Assembly (NCBI GenBank): GCA_963724345.1
Contig: CAVRUI010000002.1
Span: 257-64,256 of the forward strand
Source: an uncultured Chloroflexia bacterium
GTDB taxonomy: Bacteria; Chloroflexota; Anaerolineae; Anaerolineales; RBG-16-64-43
Length of the DNA stretch: 64,000 nucleotides
Direction: 5' to 3'
Shown here: positions 10,330 through 19,741 of the stretch, piece after piece
How the letters are laid out: every line of letters begins with the position of its first letter
Numbering within the stretch: position 1 is the first letter of the stretch
The notes under the pieces: model-generated
Told to the model about the DNA's origin: nothing
What the model saw: the letters and a program-made list of their open reading frames with translations, nothing else
Database searches by the model: none
Translations under genes and position numbers: made by a program

Positions 10330-10541
10330 CCACGGAGAACACGGAGGTTCACGGAGTGGAAACGTTAAGTCATGGGATGTCATGCTGAGCGCCTGTCCCG
10401 AGCGCAGCGAGGGGAAGCGAAGCATCTATTCGTTTGGTTCCAGACCCTTCGCTGCGCTCAGGGCAGGCTCCGGGAGCGAAGCAATCTCCCTCTATGGTTG
10501 AAAACAGGAGATTGCTTCGTCGCTTCGCTCCTCGCAATGAC
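10330..10541. repeat. repeat cluster: CACGGAG word arm plus REP-like palindromes (gtcatgctgagcg and cgcaatgac families)
   Basis: ccacggagaacacggaggttcacggagtgg (10330-10359), then gtcatgctgagcgcctgtcccgagcgcagcgagg and ggagattgcttcgtcgcttcgctcctcgcaatgac. The last motif recurs at 46712-46799. Confidence 0.75.
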
Positions 10542-10550
10542 TCTCGCCAG

Positions 10551-11405
10551 TTATTTCAACCCCAGTCTCTTAAACCGGTCTGTCACATCCAGGTAAAAGC
10601 GGTGGATGTATCCGTGGATGTATTCGGCAATGTCGAGCTGCGGATCGGCAAGCAGCGGCGTGAGATCCATCCCGAAGATGATGCCGGTTGCGGTGTCGAC
10701 GCCGTGCGAGGCGAAGTAGGTGGCGTGCGCCCGGCGGCGGCCCATGCTCGCCAGGTCGTAACGCTTGCCGCCGGTGATCTGCGAATCGTACACCCCCAGG
10801 AGCGCCGCCTGCAGGTTCTCCTGCGCGGAAACATCGAAACCGATCTTGTCGTCGTCGATCATCCAGTCCAGGTCGCGCCAGACTTCGCAGCCGAAGAATT
10901 TTTTCGGGCGGAAGGCTTCCGGCAGGGAGCGGGCGGCGGCGATCGTCTTGAGCGCGACGCCGACATGGGTATCGTGCTTGTCGGCCAGGTTGTGGGTGTA
11001 GAGAATCTGCGGCTGGCAGGCCTGGAGCAGCGCGGCGATATCCTCAACGGGTTTGGAATTGGCCCCGTCCTTGATGTTCGAACTGGGATGATCGAGCTGC
11101 GCCAGCGCCGCGTATTCGCCGACGACGGCCGCTTTCTTCTGCTCCTTGCGCCGGACGGCCCACATCTCCTCGTCGGTATAGGCCTCGTACAGGCCGTCGC
11201 GCGGCGAGCCGCGTCCGTCGGTGACCACCACGCCGGTGAACCATTTCTCCTTGCTTTGGAAACATTCGAGGATCGGCGAGGCGGCCATGATCTCCAGGTC
11301 GTCCTGATGCGCCGAGACCGCCAGGTGGGTTGTGCGCTCGAGCGCGGCGGGAAGCGCGATGCCGTCCGGAATAAAGAGCTCGGCGGCGGGCTGATGGAAT
11401 TTCAT
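10551..11405 (-). CDS. PIG-L/LmbE family N-acetylglucosaminyl deacetylase
   Basis: AVSAHQDDLEIMA (variant of the AHPDDE zinc motif). Its ATG overlaps the corrected stop of the upstream ROK gene (ATGA). Confidence 0.8.
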   Translation of the reverse strand: MKFHQPAAELFIPDGIALPAALERTTHLAVSAHQDDLEIMAASPILECFQSKEKWFTGVVVTDGRGSPRDGLYEAYTDEEMWAVRRKEQKKAAVVGEYAALAQLDHPSSNIKDGANSKPVEDIAALLQACQPQILYTHNLADKHDTHVGVALKTIAAARSLPEAFRPKKFFGCEVWRDLDWMIDDDKIGFDVSAQENLQAALLGVYDSQITGGKRYDLASMGRRRAHATYFASHGVDTATGIIFGMDLTPLLADPQLDIAEYIHGYIHRFYLDVTDRFKRLGLK

Positions 11406-12809
11406 GCGTCCTCCTTGGGTTCAAGCGCGGGCAGGCTGGCGGCCGCGATCGACTGGCCGACGCGCCGGCTTTTCTCGTCCGGGAGCTGGATGTGCACGTT
11501 GGCATGCTCCGGGAATTCGGAGCGCAAGCACTTTCTGCGCGCCCTCGAGCAGCAGCGAGCCGCCGCGGCCCGAGGTGCAGCGGCCGAGGATCAGCACGTG
11601 GCGCAGGGGATAGAAATCCGCATAATGGGCGATGCCGTAGCCGAGGAAGACGCCCATGCTTTCCCAGATGCGCAGCGCGCCGGGATCGCCCTTTTCCAGT
11701 TTCTCCTGGACGAATTTCAGTTTGTCGGCGTCGGTCAGATCCTGCGGGATGGAGATCCCGGCCCTGGGCGCGAGCCGGAAGACGCACTGCTGCGAGAAAT
11801 ACTGCGAGCCGACCCCGCGGTCGCCCGACCACTCGTCGAGCGCGGCGCCCTCGCGGTAATCCACCGGCGCGAAGGCCAGCTCGTTGAGCCAGCCCATGAT
11901 GTTGCCGTTTTCATCGACGTAGCCGGTGGCCTCGCTCGAGCCGAGCGCGATCCCGAGGATCGCGTTGTCCCCGAGCGACATCGCGCCGGCGAGGGCGGTC
12001 ACGTCGCCGTCGTTGATCACCTCGAGCGGGATTTTCATTTCATCCCGGATGCGCAGGAACATCCCGCGGACCTCGCCGAAGCGTTCGGGGGGAACCGCGC
12101 GGAAGAGCGAAGCGATCATCGGGCGGTTGTCGATGAAGATGCCGGCCGAACTGCCGCCGATGGCATCCACGCGCGGGAGTTTGGCTGCGGCGGTCTCGAG
12201 CGCCTTGCGGATCTCGCGGTAGTGATAATCCGGGTCGGCGTGTTTGCGCGGCTCCCAGACCACCTCCTCGCTGAAAACGGGATTCCCGTCGATCACCGCC
12301 GACACCTTGCGGTCCGAAGCGCCCAGGTCGAACCCGATCCGGCAGCCTTCCAGATGGCGCCCGAGCGGTTTTCCGGATTCGCGGACCGGAGGCACATCCT
12401 CGGGCCGGCAGGGGATGACGGTGAATTCCTTCTCGTACACGTCGCGCCCCATGAAGAAATAATCGAATCGCCGCCCGCCTTCCGGCGAATACGTCCGGCG
12501 GATATATTCGCCGATCGATTGCGGGCCGCCGACGGATACCTTCCAGCCGCCTTTTTGCCAGAGCAGGAATTTTAAAAGCCGCTCGACGTAGCGGTTGTTT
12601 TCCGCCGCCAGCGGATGGTTTTCGGGAAGGACGCGGGTTTCATACCGGAGGGTCCGCCCGTGTTCGCGCTCCACGCCCAGGATCAGTGGAACGCCGTTGG
12701 ATTGAACCTGTTTGCGGAAGGCGCGGTTGTACAGCGCGGCCGGTACGAATTCTTCTTCCAGCGGAGGTAAACGCACAGGTTTAATCGACGTTCGGAGATC
12801 GTTGCCCAC
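11401..12809 (-). CDS. ROK family sugar kinase (GlcNAc/glucose kinase-like), frameshift near 11520-11530
   Basis: GFDLGASDRKV, GGSSAGIF and INDGDVTALAG are ROK/actin-fold motifs. The last 40 codons read better in another frame (SEFPEHANVHIQLPDEKSRRVGQSIAAASLPALEPKEDA), which ends at 11401-11403. Confidence 0.8.
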
Positions 12810-13015
12810 GGAGAAATCCTTTCGAAAAGGAACGAATGCTTCTCCCCCGAACGCTTCGATTCAAAAAATTATAGCATGCTTGAGTAAGAAAAAATTTTCC
12901 GCGGAGAGTGATTTACCGCATGAATTTGGGGTGAATATTCCCATCCGCGGATTTTTCCGGGAACCCTTTTCTGAAAACTCCAGAGAGAACGCTAACATCG
13001 TGTAAAATACTTGTT

Positions 13016-13086
13016 CGTCATTCCCGCGTGCCCCAAGCGGGAATCCAGAGAACTGGATGCCCGCCTAAAGGGCGCGGGCATGACGG
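13016..13086. repeat. GC-rich REP-like double palindrome (copy of 1696-1771)
   Basis: cgtcattcccgcgtgccccaagcgggaatccag ... ggatgcccgcctaaagggcgcgggcatgacgg. Confidence 0.8.
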
Positions 13087-13146
13087 AGTCTCGATCCGGC
13101 GGAATAACACCGCCTACTCGACCGGCAAGGGGTGGAAAGGATTCCA

Positions 13147-14548
13147 ATGTCGATAAAACTTTTTTCCCTGAATTCCAAAAATGCGATTTTAAAATCATTT
13201 CCGGCTGGAAATGGAAGCGCTTCCATTCGAAATGGAAACCGTCTCGGAGCTGGAGGATGCATCCTCCTGGCGGCGGCGGTCGTTTTATCCGCCGCCGGAT
13301 GCGGGAATCTGGAGTTCGAAACGCCGCCCGCATCCACACGCGCCACAAACACGGTCGCGGCTGCGGATACCCCCGGGCTTACCAGCGTTCCCTCCAATGC
13401 TCCTTACCGGCTCGTCGGCTACTACGCCTCCTGGGACGTCTACAACCGCGCGGTTTTCCTCTCCCAGCTTCAAGGGGAAAAACTCACCCACCTCAACTAC
13501 GCCTTTTCGAACATCAGCCCGGAGGGCGAGTGCGTGAATGGGGACATCGATGCGGACACGATCCGGTTCTTCGGCGGCAACAAGAGCGTTAACGGACTGA
13601 CCGACCCGGTCGAGGGGCTGCGCGGCAATTTCCGGCAATTGGAACTATTAAAGGAAAAGTACCCCGCCCTGAAAGTGCTGATTTCCGTCGGCGGATGGAC
13701 GTGGTCCGAGCATTTCTCGGATGTGGCGCTCTCGGAAACGTCGCGGATGCGCTTTGTCAAATCCTGCCTGGATCTCTACCTGGTCCGCTATGGGGATACC
13801 TTTGACGGGGTGGATCTGGATTGGGAATATCCGGTGGCCGGGGGCTTGTATCCGGGGCGGCCCGAGGATATGGAAAATTACACGCTGCTCGTGCAGGAAT
13901 TCCGGAACCAGATGAATACGCTGCAGGATGCGACCGGCAGGCAGTACCTGCTTACCCTCGCCGGCCCCGCCGCGCCGGACACGATCAGCCATTTCCAGCT
14001 GGGCGAGATCCAGAAGTCGCTGGATTGGATCAACCTGATGACGTACGATTTCCACGTCGCATCCGAACCGCAGACCGGCCTGCTTTCGCCGCTGTACGGG
14101 TCGCCGCGGGATCCGGATGAGGTGTCGCGCGCCGCTTACAACGGGGACGCCGCGGTCCGGGCGTACCTCGCGGCCGGAGTTCCGGCGGAGAAGATCGTCC
14201 TGGGCATTCCGTTCTACGGACGCTCCTGGAGGGGAGTCGGCGGCAACGGTCTCTTCCAGAGCGCGGAAGGCCCGGCGATGGGACAGGATGAGCCCGGCTT
14301 CATGAGCTATTCGGATATCGCGCAGGGCCCGTTGAAAACCTTCCAGCGCTATTGGGAGGAGGATGCGAAAGTCCCCTGGCTGCATGAAACACCGAAGCGG
14401 CGTATTCATTTCCTACGAGGATGCCGAGTTGATCGGATGGAAGGTGCGCTATATCCGCGAGAAAGGCCTGGGCGGGGCGATGGTCTGGGAATTGGGGCTC
14501 GACGGGGGAATGCTGCTGGGGCCGCTCGGGGACGGGCTCTTTTCGTAG
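13147..14548 (+). CDS. GH18 chitinase lipoprotein, frameshift near 14386-14400
   Basis: Signal peptide with lipobox LSAAGC. FDGVDLDWEYP is the DxxDxDxE catalytic motif. The C-terminus continues in ORF 14363-14548 (GVFISYEDAELIGWKVRYIREKGLGGAMVWEL). Confidence 0.85.
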
Positions 14549-14578
14549 AGCTTGGTACGGCTCAGCCTGGAAATTCTT

Positions 14579-14691
14579 GTACGCGGATTACGCAGGATTT
14601 CCGGATTTCGCGGATTATTTCTGGAATTAATTATTTGAAAAAACTTTTCCGGTTATCCGCGTAATCCGATATATCCGTGAAATCCGCGTAC
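14579..14691. repeat. word-hairpin repeat, family D (ATCCGCG/ATCCGTG words)
   Basis: gtacgcggattacgcaggatttccggatttcgcggatta is opposed by ggttatccgcgtaatccgatatatccgtgaaatccgcgtac around the core ttaattatttgaaaaaac. Confidence 0.8.
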
Positions 14692-14733
14692 AAGATGCTT
14701 CCGGCAGAGCTGATATGAAGAAAGGGATGAACA

Positions 14734-16360
14734 ATGCGGAGAGAAAAGGGGACTTGGATACACACGAATCTTTTTCTGGCTATCATGATGGGTGCAACTC
14801 TTCTTTTCTCATGCGGACCTGCAATCCAATCCGGCGGTGATACTCCGACCGTGCCGATCACGCCCAGCGCCACACCGGAGGCTCCTCCGACGATGAACCA
14901 GTTAATTCCCAAACCCCAATCCGTGCAACCCGCGCCCGGAGGATTCTCCCTCACCGCCGCGGCGGGGATTTATGTTCAATCCGGCAGCGAGGAAATCGCC
15001 GCCATCGGCCGCTACCTGGCGGAGAAGTTGAAACCCGCAACCGGATTCAATCCGGCGGTGACCCCGGCCGCCGGCGCGCCCGGGGCGGGGAATATCTACA
15101 TCACCCTGGAAGGCGGAGATCCGGCGCTCGGCGAGGAGGGCTACACCCTGGCCGTCACGCCGGATCTGATCGCGCTGGCGGCCTACATGCCCGCCGGATT
15201 GTTCCGCGGAATCCAGACCCTGCGCCAGCTGCTGCGGGCGGAGATCGAGCAACCCACCGTCCAACCCGGCCCGTGGGTCGTTCCGGCGGGGGTGATCCGG
15301 GATCAGCCGCGCTTCAGTTGGCGCGGGGCGATGCTCGACGTGGCGCGGCATTTCTTCGGCGTGGCGGACGTGAAAGCCTTCATCGACGAGATGGCCTACT
15401 ACAAACTTAACCGGCTCCACCTGCACCTCTCGGACGATCAGGGCTGGCGGATTGAAATTCAAATCCTGGCCGCTCCTCACCGCCATCGGAGGGGCCACTT
15501 CCGTCGGCGGGGATCCGGGCGGCTTTTACACCCAGGAGCAGTATTCCGAGATCGTCGCCTACGCCCAAAGCCGGTACATCACTGTCATCCCGGAGATCGA
15601 AATGCCGGGCCATACCAATGCCGCGCTGGCTTCGTACGCGGAACTCAACTGCGACGGCGTGGCGCTCCCCCCGCACACCGGGATCGAAGTCGGTTTCAGC
15701 ACGCTGTGCGTGGGAGCGGATATCACCTACAAATTCATCGACGACGTGATCCGCGAGGTGGCGGCGATCACGCCGGGCCCGTACCTGCACATCGGCGGGG
15801 ACGAAGTCCAGACCCTCAGCCCCGACGAGTACAACTCCTTCGTGCAGAAGGCGCAATCAACCGTCAACAAATACGGCAAGCGGATGATCGGCTGGGACGA
15901 GGTCGGCCGGATCGACCTGCTGCCGCTGACGATCGTCCAGTATTGGAACGGCCCGCTGGCGGTCGAGGCGGCGCGCAAGGGCGCCAAGATGATCATGTCC
16001 CCGGCCTCGCGAACCTACCTGGATCAAAAATACAACCCGTCCACCGAGCTGGGGTTGAATTGGGCGGGCTACATTGAGGTGGAGGACTCCTACGCCTGGG
16101 ATCCGGCGACGCAGCTGGACGGCGTATCGGAAGGGCAGATTCTCGGCGTCGAGGCTCCGTTATGGACCGAGACGATCCGCCTCTGGGACCAGGCGGAATA
16201 TATGCTCTTCCCGCGCCTGATCAGCATCGCGGAAATCGGCTGGTCGAAAGCCGCCGACCGCGATTGGAATGAATACCGGGTCCGGCTGGGAGAGCAGGGG
16301 CCGAGGCTGGCCGCGTGGAAAGTGAATTACTACCGCTCCCCGCAGGTCGCGTGGAAATGA
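14734..16360 (+). CDS. GH20 beta-N-acetylhexosaminidase lipoprotein, frameshift near 15458-15461
   Basis: Lipobox LLFSCG. LHLHLSDDQGWRIEI continues in ORF 15452-16360 as KSWPLLT...IPEIEMPGHTNAAL...LHIGGDEV (GH20 D-E catalytic pair region). Confidence 0.85.
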
Positions 16361-17139
16361 AAACTCCTGATGCAGCCGGTCCGGAGGAGAAAGATCCATC
16401 CGGCGCAATCCGCCTATTGGAGGAAATCTCGCTGAACGCCTGGCCGGCTTTCGAGACGTCGTTGTACGACGGCTGGGTGATCCGCTTCGCGGACGGATTC
16501 TCGCGGCGCTCGAATTCGATCGTTCCGCTGTATCCATCCCGCCGGAACGTCATGGAAAAGATCCGCCTGTGCGAGTCGATGTACCGCGAACGCGGCCAGC
16601 GGACGGTTTTCAAAATAACAGCGGCCAGCGATCCGCGGGAGCTGGACCTGATCCTGTCGGACGAGGGTTACCATCCGGAAGCCGAAACCGGCGTGCGGAC
16701 GCTTCCGCTCCAGGACGCCGCGGCCGCGCCGGCCCCCGACGTCGTGCTTCAGGACGAAATGACCGAAGAATGGATCACCGCGCTGTGCGCCTACAACGCC
16801 TACGATCCGCGCCATCACCCAACCGTCCGCGCGCTGACGCGGCTCATCCATCCGCCCTGCACGTTTGCCTCCATCCGCCTCGGCGGAAAAATCATCGGAT
16901 GCGGATTGGGCGTGATCCGGCAGGACCACCTTTCCTTCTTCGACATTGTGATCGATAGGGACCACCGGCGCCGGGGGTTTGGGAAGCAGATCATGGCCGG
17001 CATTCTGAATTGGGGCAGGCGGCATTCCGCGGAGACGGCCTTCCTGCAGGTGATGGCGAACAACCCGGTGGCGATGGCGATGTACGAGGGAATGGGTTTC
17101 CGCGAGCAATACCGGTATGTGTATTGGGCGAAGGATTGA
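16357..17139 (+). CDS. GNAT family N-acetyltransferase
   Basis: The ATG at 16357 overlaps the GH20 stop (ATGA). HRRRGFGKQIMAGI is the acetyl-CoA binding motif, followed by a C-terminal MYEGMGF. Confidence 0.75.
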   Translation: MKTPDAAGPEEKDPSGAIRLLEEISLNAWPAFETSLYDGWVIRFADGFSRRSNSIVPLYPSRRNVMEKIRLCESMYRERGQRTVFKITAASDPRELDLILSDEGYHPEAETGVRTLPLQDAAAAPAPDVVLQDEMTEEWITALCAYNAYDPRHHPTVRALTRLIHPPCTFASIRLGGKIIGCGLGVIRQDHLSFFDIVIDRDHRRRGFGKQIMAGILNWGRRHSAETAFLQVMANNPVAMAMYEGMGFREQYRYVYWAKD

Positions 17140-17140
17140 A

Positions 17141-17291
17141 TCCACGAAGGACACGAAGAAGATCCGAAGGACACGAAAAACAAGAGGTAAAAAAATCCTT
17201 CGTGCCCTTCGTGGACACGTATTTACCGGACTCGGACGCTCGACAGGAAATGAAAAACAATAAGTAAAAAAACCTTCGTGTCCTTCGTGGA
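17141..17291. repeat. word-hairpin repeats, family B (CACGAAG words), two units
   Basis: tccacgaaggacacgaagaagatccgaaggacacgaaaaac is opposed by tccttcgtgcccttcgtgga. A second right arm ccttcgtgtccttcgtgga lies at 17273-17291. Confidence 0.8.
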
Positions 17292-17297
17292 TACGTA

Positions 17298-17326
17298 TTG
17301 ACCGGATTTGGGCGCTCGACTATACT
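17298..17326 (+). promoter_or_regulatory. sigma70-type promoter of tRNA-Leu
   Basis: TTGACC (17298-17303), 17-nt spacer, TATACT (17321-17326), ending 11 nt before the tRNA 5' end. Confidence 0.55.
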
Positions 17327-17337
17327 CGGACGGGATT

Positions 17338-17422
17338 GCCGGAGTGGCGGAACTGGCATACGCGCACGACTCAAAATCGTGTCCCGCTCGGCGGGGTGAG
17401 GGTTCAATTCCCTCCTTCGGCA
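17338..17422 (+). tRNA. tRNA-Leu (anticodon CAA)
   Basis: Manual fold: acceptor GCCGGAG/CTTCGGC, D stem GCG/CGC with a long loop, anticodon arm CACGA-CTCAAAA-TCGTG, long variable arm CCCGC-TCG-GCGGG, T arm GAGGG-TTCAATT-CCCTC, discriminator A. CCA is not encoded. Confidence 0.9.
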
Positions 17423-17515
17423 CTGGATGGGAGTGCCTGTGATCCTTTTAACGTTCCGGGGCGTTGCATTCGGTGAACCGTGCGCAGCGTCCCGGTTTGC
17501 TTTTCCCGAGGCGGC

Positions 17516-17869
17516 ATGAAGCGATTCCTTCTGCTGACGGCCGGCACGGTGATCGGCGTACTGATCGGGGCGTGGTACGGCTGGTCGGTCAGCCCGGTGA
17601 CGTACAACGAAATTTCTCCGGACCAGCTGCGCGCGGAATACCAGGCGGATTACGTGCTGATGGTCGCCGAAACCTACGCCGCCGACAAGGATCTCGGCGA
17701 GGCAGCCGTCCGGCTTTCGCGCCTGGGCCAGGCGGACCTGGCGGGCGTGGTGCGCCGGATTGCGGATGCCTACCAGGCGGCGGGTTACCCGGCGGAGGAT
17801 TGCACCCGCCTGTACGATCTGGCCCGCGACTTGGAACGCTATTCCACCCTCCCCTCGGCGGCGCCATGA
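17516..17869 (+). CDS. hypothetical membrane-anchored protein (paralog of the next gene)
   Basis: MKRFLLLTAGTVIGVLIGAWYGW TM helix, then ADYVLMVAETYAADKDLGEAAVRLSRL. The stop overlaps the next ATG (ATGA). Confidence 0.55.
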   Translation: MKRFLLLTAGTVIGVLIGAWYGWSVSPVTYNEISPDQLRAEYQADYVLMVAETYAADKDLGEAAVRLSRLGQADLAGVVRRIADAYQAAGYPAEDCTRLYDLARDLERYSTLPSAAP

Positions 17870-18705
17870 AAAAATATCTGGAATGGATCTGGCTGCCGGT
17901 CGGGCTGATCCTCGGGCTGGCGCTCGGGGTGGGGTACGCGTGGGTTCTGCGGCCGGCGGATTTTCGCGGGGCGGAACCGGCCTCGCTGCAACCGGTCTAC
18001 CGCGGCGAATACATCCTGCTGATCGCTACCGCGTATCAGGCCACCGGGAACCTCGACCGCGCCCGGACGCGCCTGGAGCTGTTCCCCGAGCTTAGCCCCG
18101 CGGTCTTGAGTTCGCTCGCCCAGCAGGTTGTGGCGGCGCGCGGATCGGAGGATGCGGCCCGCGGCCTGGCGCGCCTCTCGGTCGCGCTCGCGGACCAAAC
18201 ACCCGTGGCGTCGTTTGCGTTGACCGGTACGCCGAAAGGCTCCCCGACCTCCCGGACGACGCCCACCGATAATCCGACCCTGGCCCTGACCGTCCCGCCG
18301 CTTCCAACCGCCACGCTCAAGCCCACCCGGAATTCGACCGCCACCGTGCTTCCGGGATTTGTGCTTGTCACCCGGGAACAGGTCTGCAATCCGCTGATCA
18401 CGAAACCGCTCGTCCAGGTCCTCGTGCGCACGCCGGGCGGCCAGGGCGTGGCGGGCGTGGCGATCCGGATTCTTTGGGAGGGCGGCAGCTCGACATTTGT
18501 GACCGGGATGAAGCCGGAGCTCAGCCCGGGATACGCCGATTACGAGATCGAAGCGGGAAAGGTCTACCAGGTCACCCTCGGCGACGGGTTGACCGTGGTG
18601 CGCGAACTTTCGGCGCCGACCTGCCCGGGGCAGACGGCGGTGGCCGGGGGAGCGGCCGGCGCCGCGTTCGCCGGTTCGTGGAGGCTGGTGTTCGAGATGC
18701 GCTAG
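17866..18705 (+). CDS. hypothetical membrane-anchored protein with P/T linker and C-terminal beta-rich domain
   Basis: N-terminal TM helix plus GEYILLIATAYQATGNLDRARTRLELF, homologous to the upstream gene, followed by a T/P-rich linker. Confidence 0.55.
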   Translation: MKKYLEWIWLPVGLILGLALGVGYAWVLRPADFRGAEPASLQPVYRGEYILLIATAYQATGNLDRARTRLELFPELSPAVLSSLAQQVVAARGSEDAARGLARLSVALADQTPVASFALTGTPKGSPTSRTTPTDNPTLALTVPPLPTATLKPTRNSTATVLPGFVLVTREQVCNPLITKPLVQVLVRTPGGQGVAGVAIRILWEGGSSTFVTGMKPELSPGYADYEIEAGKVYQVTLGDGLTVVRELSAPTCPGQTAVAGGAAGAAFAGSWRLVFEMR

Positions 18706-18739
18706 AGCGGGCTTTTGGATATGGCGGATTAAAAAACTT

Positions 18740-18875
18740 TTGACAGGATTTACAGGATTGTGCTGTATAAAATTCCCTAAACCTCACCTTCATCATTTCC
18801 TTCTCCCAGCATAAGCTGGGAGAACCTGTCCCGGAGCGCAGCGACGGGAGGTGGCCGAAGGTCGGATGAGGGAGT
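18740..18875. repeat. family A word arm plus REP-like palindrome
   Basis: ttgacaggatttacaggattg (18740-18760); ctcccagcataagctgggag and cctgtcccggagcgcagcgacggg (18799-18875). Confidence 0.65.
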
Positions 18876-18975
18876 GAAAAAGGACGACAATCTTCAAATT
18901 GTAGGATCCAATATCCACAACTTTTTTTAGGACACACAATTATTGGTTGCTCTATCGTGGAGACAGGGGTAGTTT

Positions 18976-19533
18976 ATGTTATTTTTCCTTCTGATATTGA
19001 TAATCGGTTTTGCCTGTAACCTCGCCAGCGCCTTTACGAGCGTGTATTCGGCAAAATGGGGCGAGCGGAGAGGGATGCTCCTGACGGTGCTGCTGCGCGA
19101 CGTGTTCGGCATCCCGGTGTGGGGATCTGGGTTTATACTCGCCGCGATTTCCAAATCCCCTTTACTTTTTTCTCCAGGCATCGCGGCCGTTATCCCGGGC
19201 TGGCTGCTGATCGCCGCCGGAGCGCTCGTGATCGTGATCGCGCTGGCAACAATCCGCACCCGGGCCGCGGCGCCGACGGCGCGGGATGCCCTGGCCGAAA
19301 CCGGCATCTATGCCCGGATCCGGCATCCCATTCATGCCGGCACGATCCTCGAATTCCTCGGCATCCTCCTTATCCGGCCGAACGCCACGCTGGCGCTGGC
19401 GTGCGCGCTGGGACTGGTATGGGTCCTCCTCCAGACCCGGTTTGAGGAATGGGATCTCCTGCGGCGGATTCCCGGTTACCGCGAGTACATGAATCGCGTG
19501 CCCCGGTTCATACCGCGAATACACCGACCCTAA
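18976..19533 (+). CDS. isoprenylcysteine carboxyl methyltransferase (ICMT)/phospholipid methyltransferase family membrane protein
   Basis: Multi-TM protein with TGIYARIRHPIHAGTILEFLG, characteristic of the ICMT/PEMT family. Confidence 0.7.
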   Translation: MLFFLLILIIGFACNLASAFTSVYSAKWGERRGMLLTVLLRDVFGIPVWGSGFILAAISKSPLLFSPGIAAVIPGWLLIAAGALVIVIALATIRTRAAAPTARDALAETGIYARIRHPIHAGTILEFLGILLIRPNATLALACALGLVWVLLQTRFEEWDLLRRIPGYREYMNRVPRFIPRIHRP

Positions 19534-19548
19534 CAGGGTGCGGAAAAA

Positions 19549-19659
19549 GGTGGTCGAGTAGCGCACTTTGCGTATCGAGACCACCGACGCCACAGTGAAA
19601 AAAGAATTTTCGGTCGAAAAAGTGGTCTCGATACGCCCCTTCGGGGCTACTCGACCACC
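19549..19659. repeat. inverted pair of GGTGGTCGAGTAGC...GTATCGAGACCACC elements
   Basis: 19549-19585 and the reverse complement of 19622-19659 share both 14-nt flanks and differ only in the central 9-11 nt. Confidence 0.85.
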
Positions 19660-19741
19660 TGTTGGCTTTTTCAGCCTGTTCCGATTGGTTTGCGGTATCA
19701 TTTCCGAATTCGTTCCGTTCCTGCGGGAGGATTGCCTGCGT

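Noticed and set aside
10434-12575. 713-aa plus-strand ORF, and similar long ORFs such as 8489-9667 (+), 5932-7218 (-), 34620-35939 (+), 49967-51259 (+), 60439-61950 (+) and 55282-56994 (-).
   Set aside because: All lie antisense to genes with clear family motifs. They are Arg/Gly/Ala/Pro-rich with no recognisable motifs, the usual stop-poor shadow frames of high-GC DNA.
17338-19540. Integrated mobile element using tRNA-Leu (or tRNA-Gln at 55236) as attachment site.
   Set aside because: No integrase, no direct repeat of the tRNA 3' end and no compositional break next to either tRNA.
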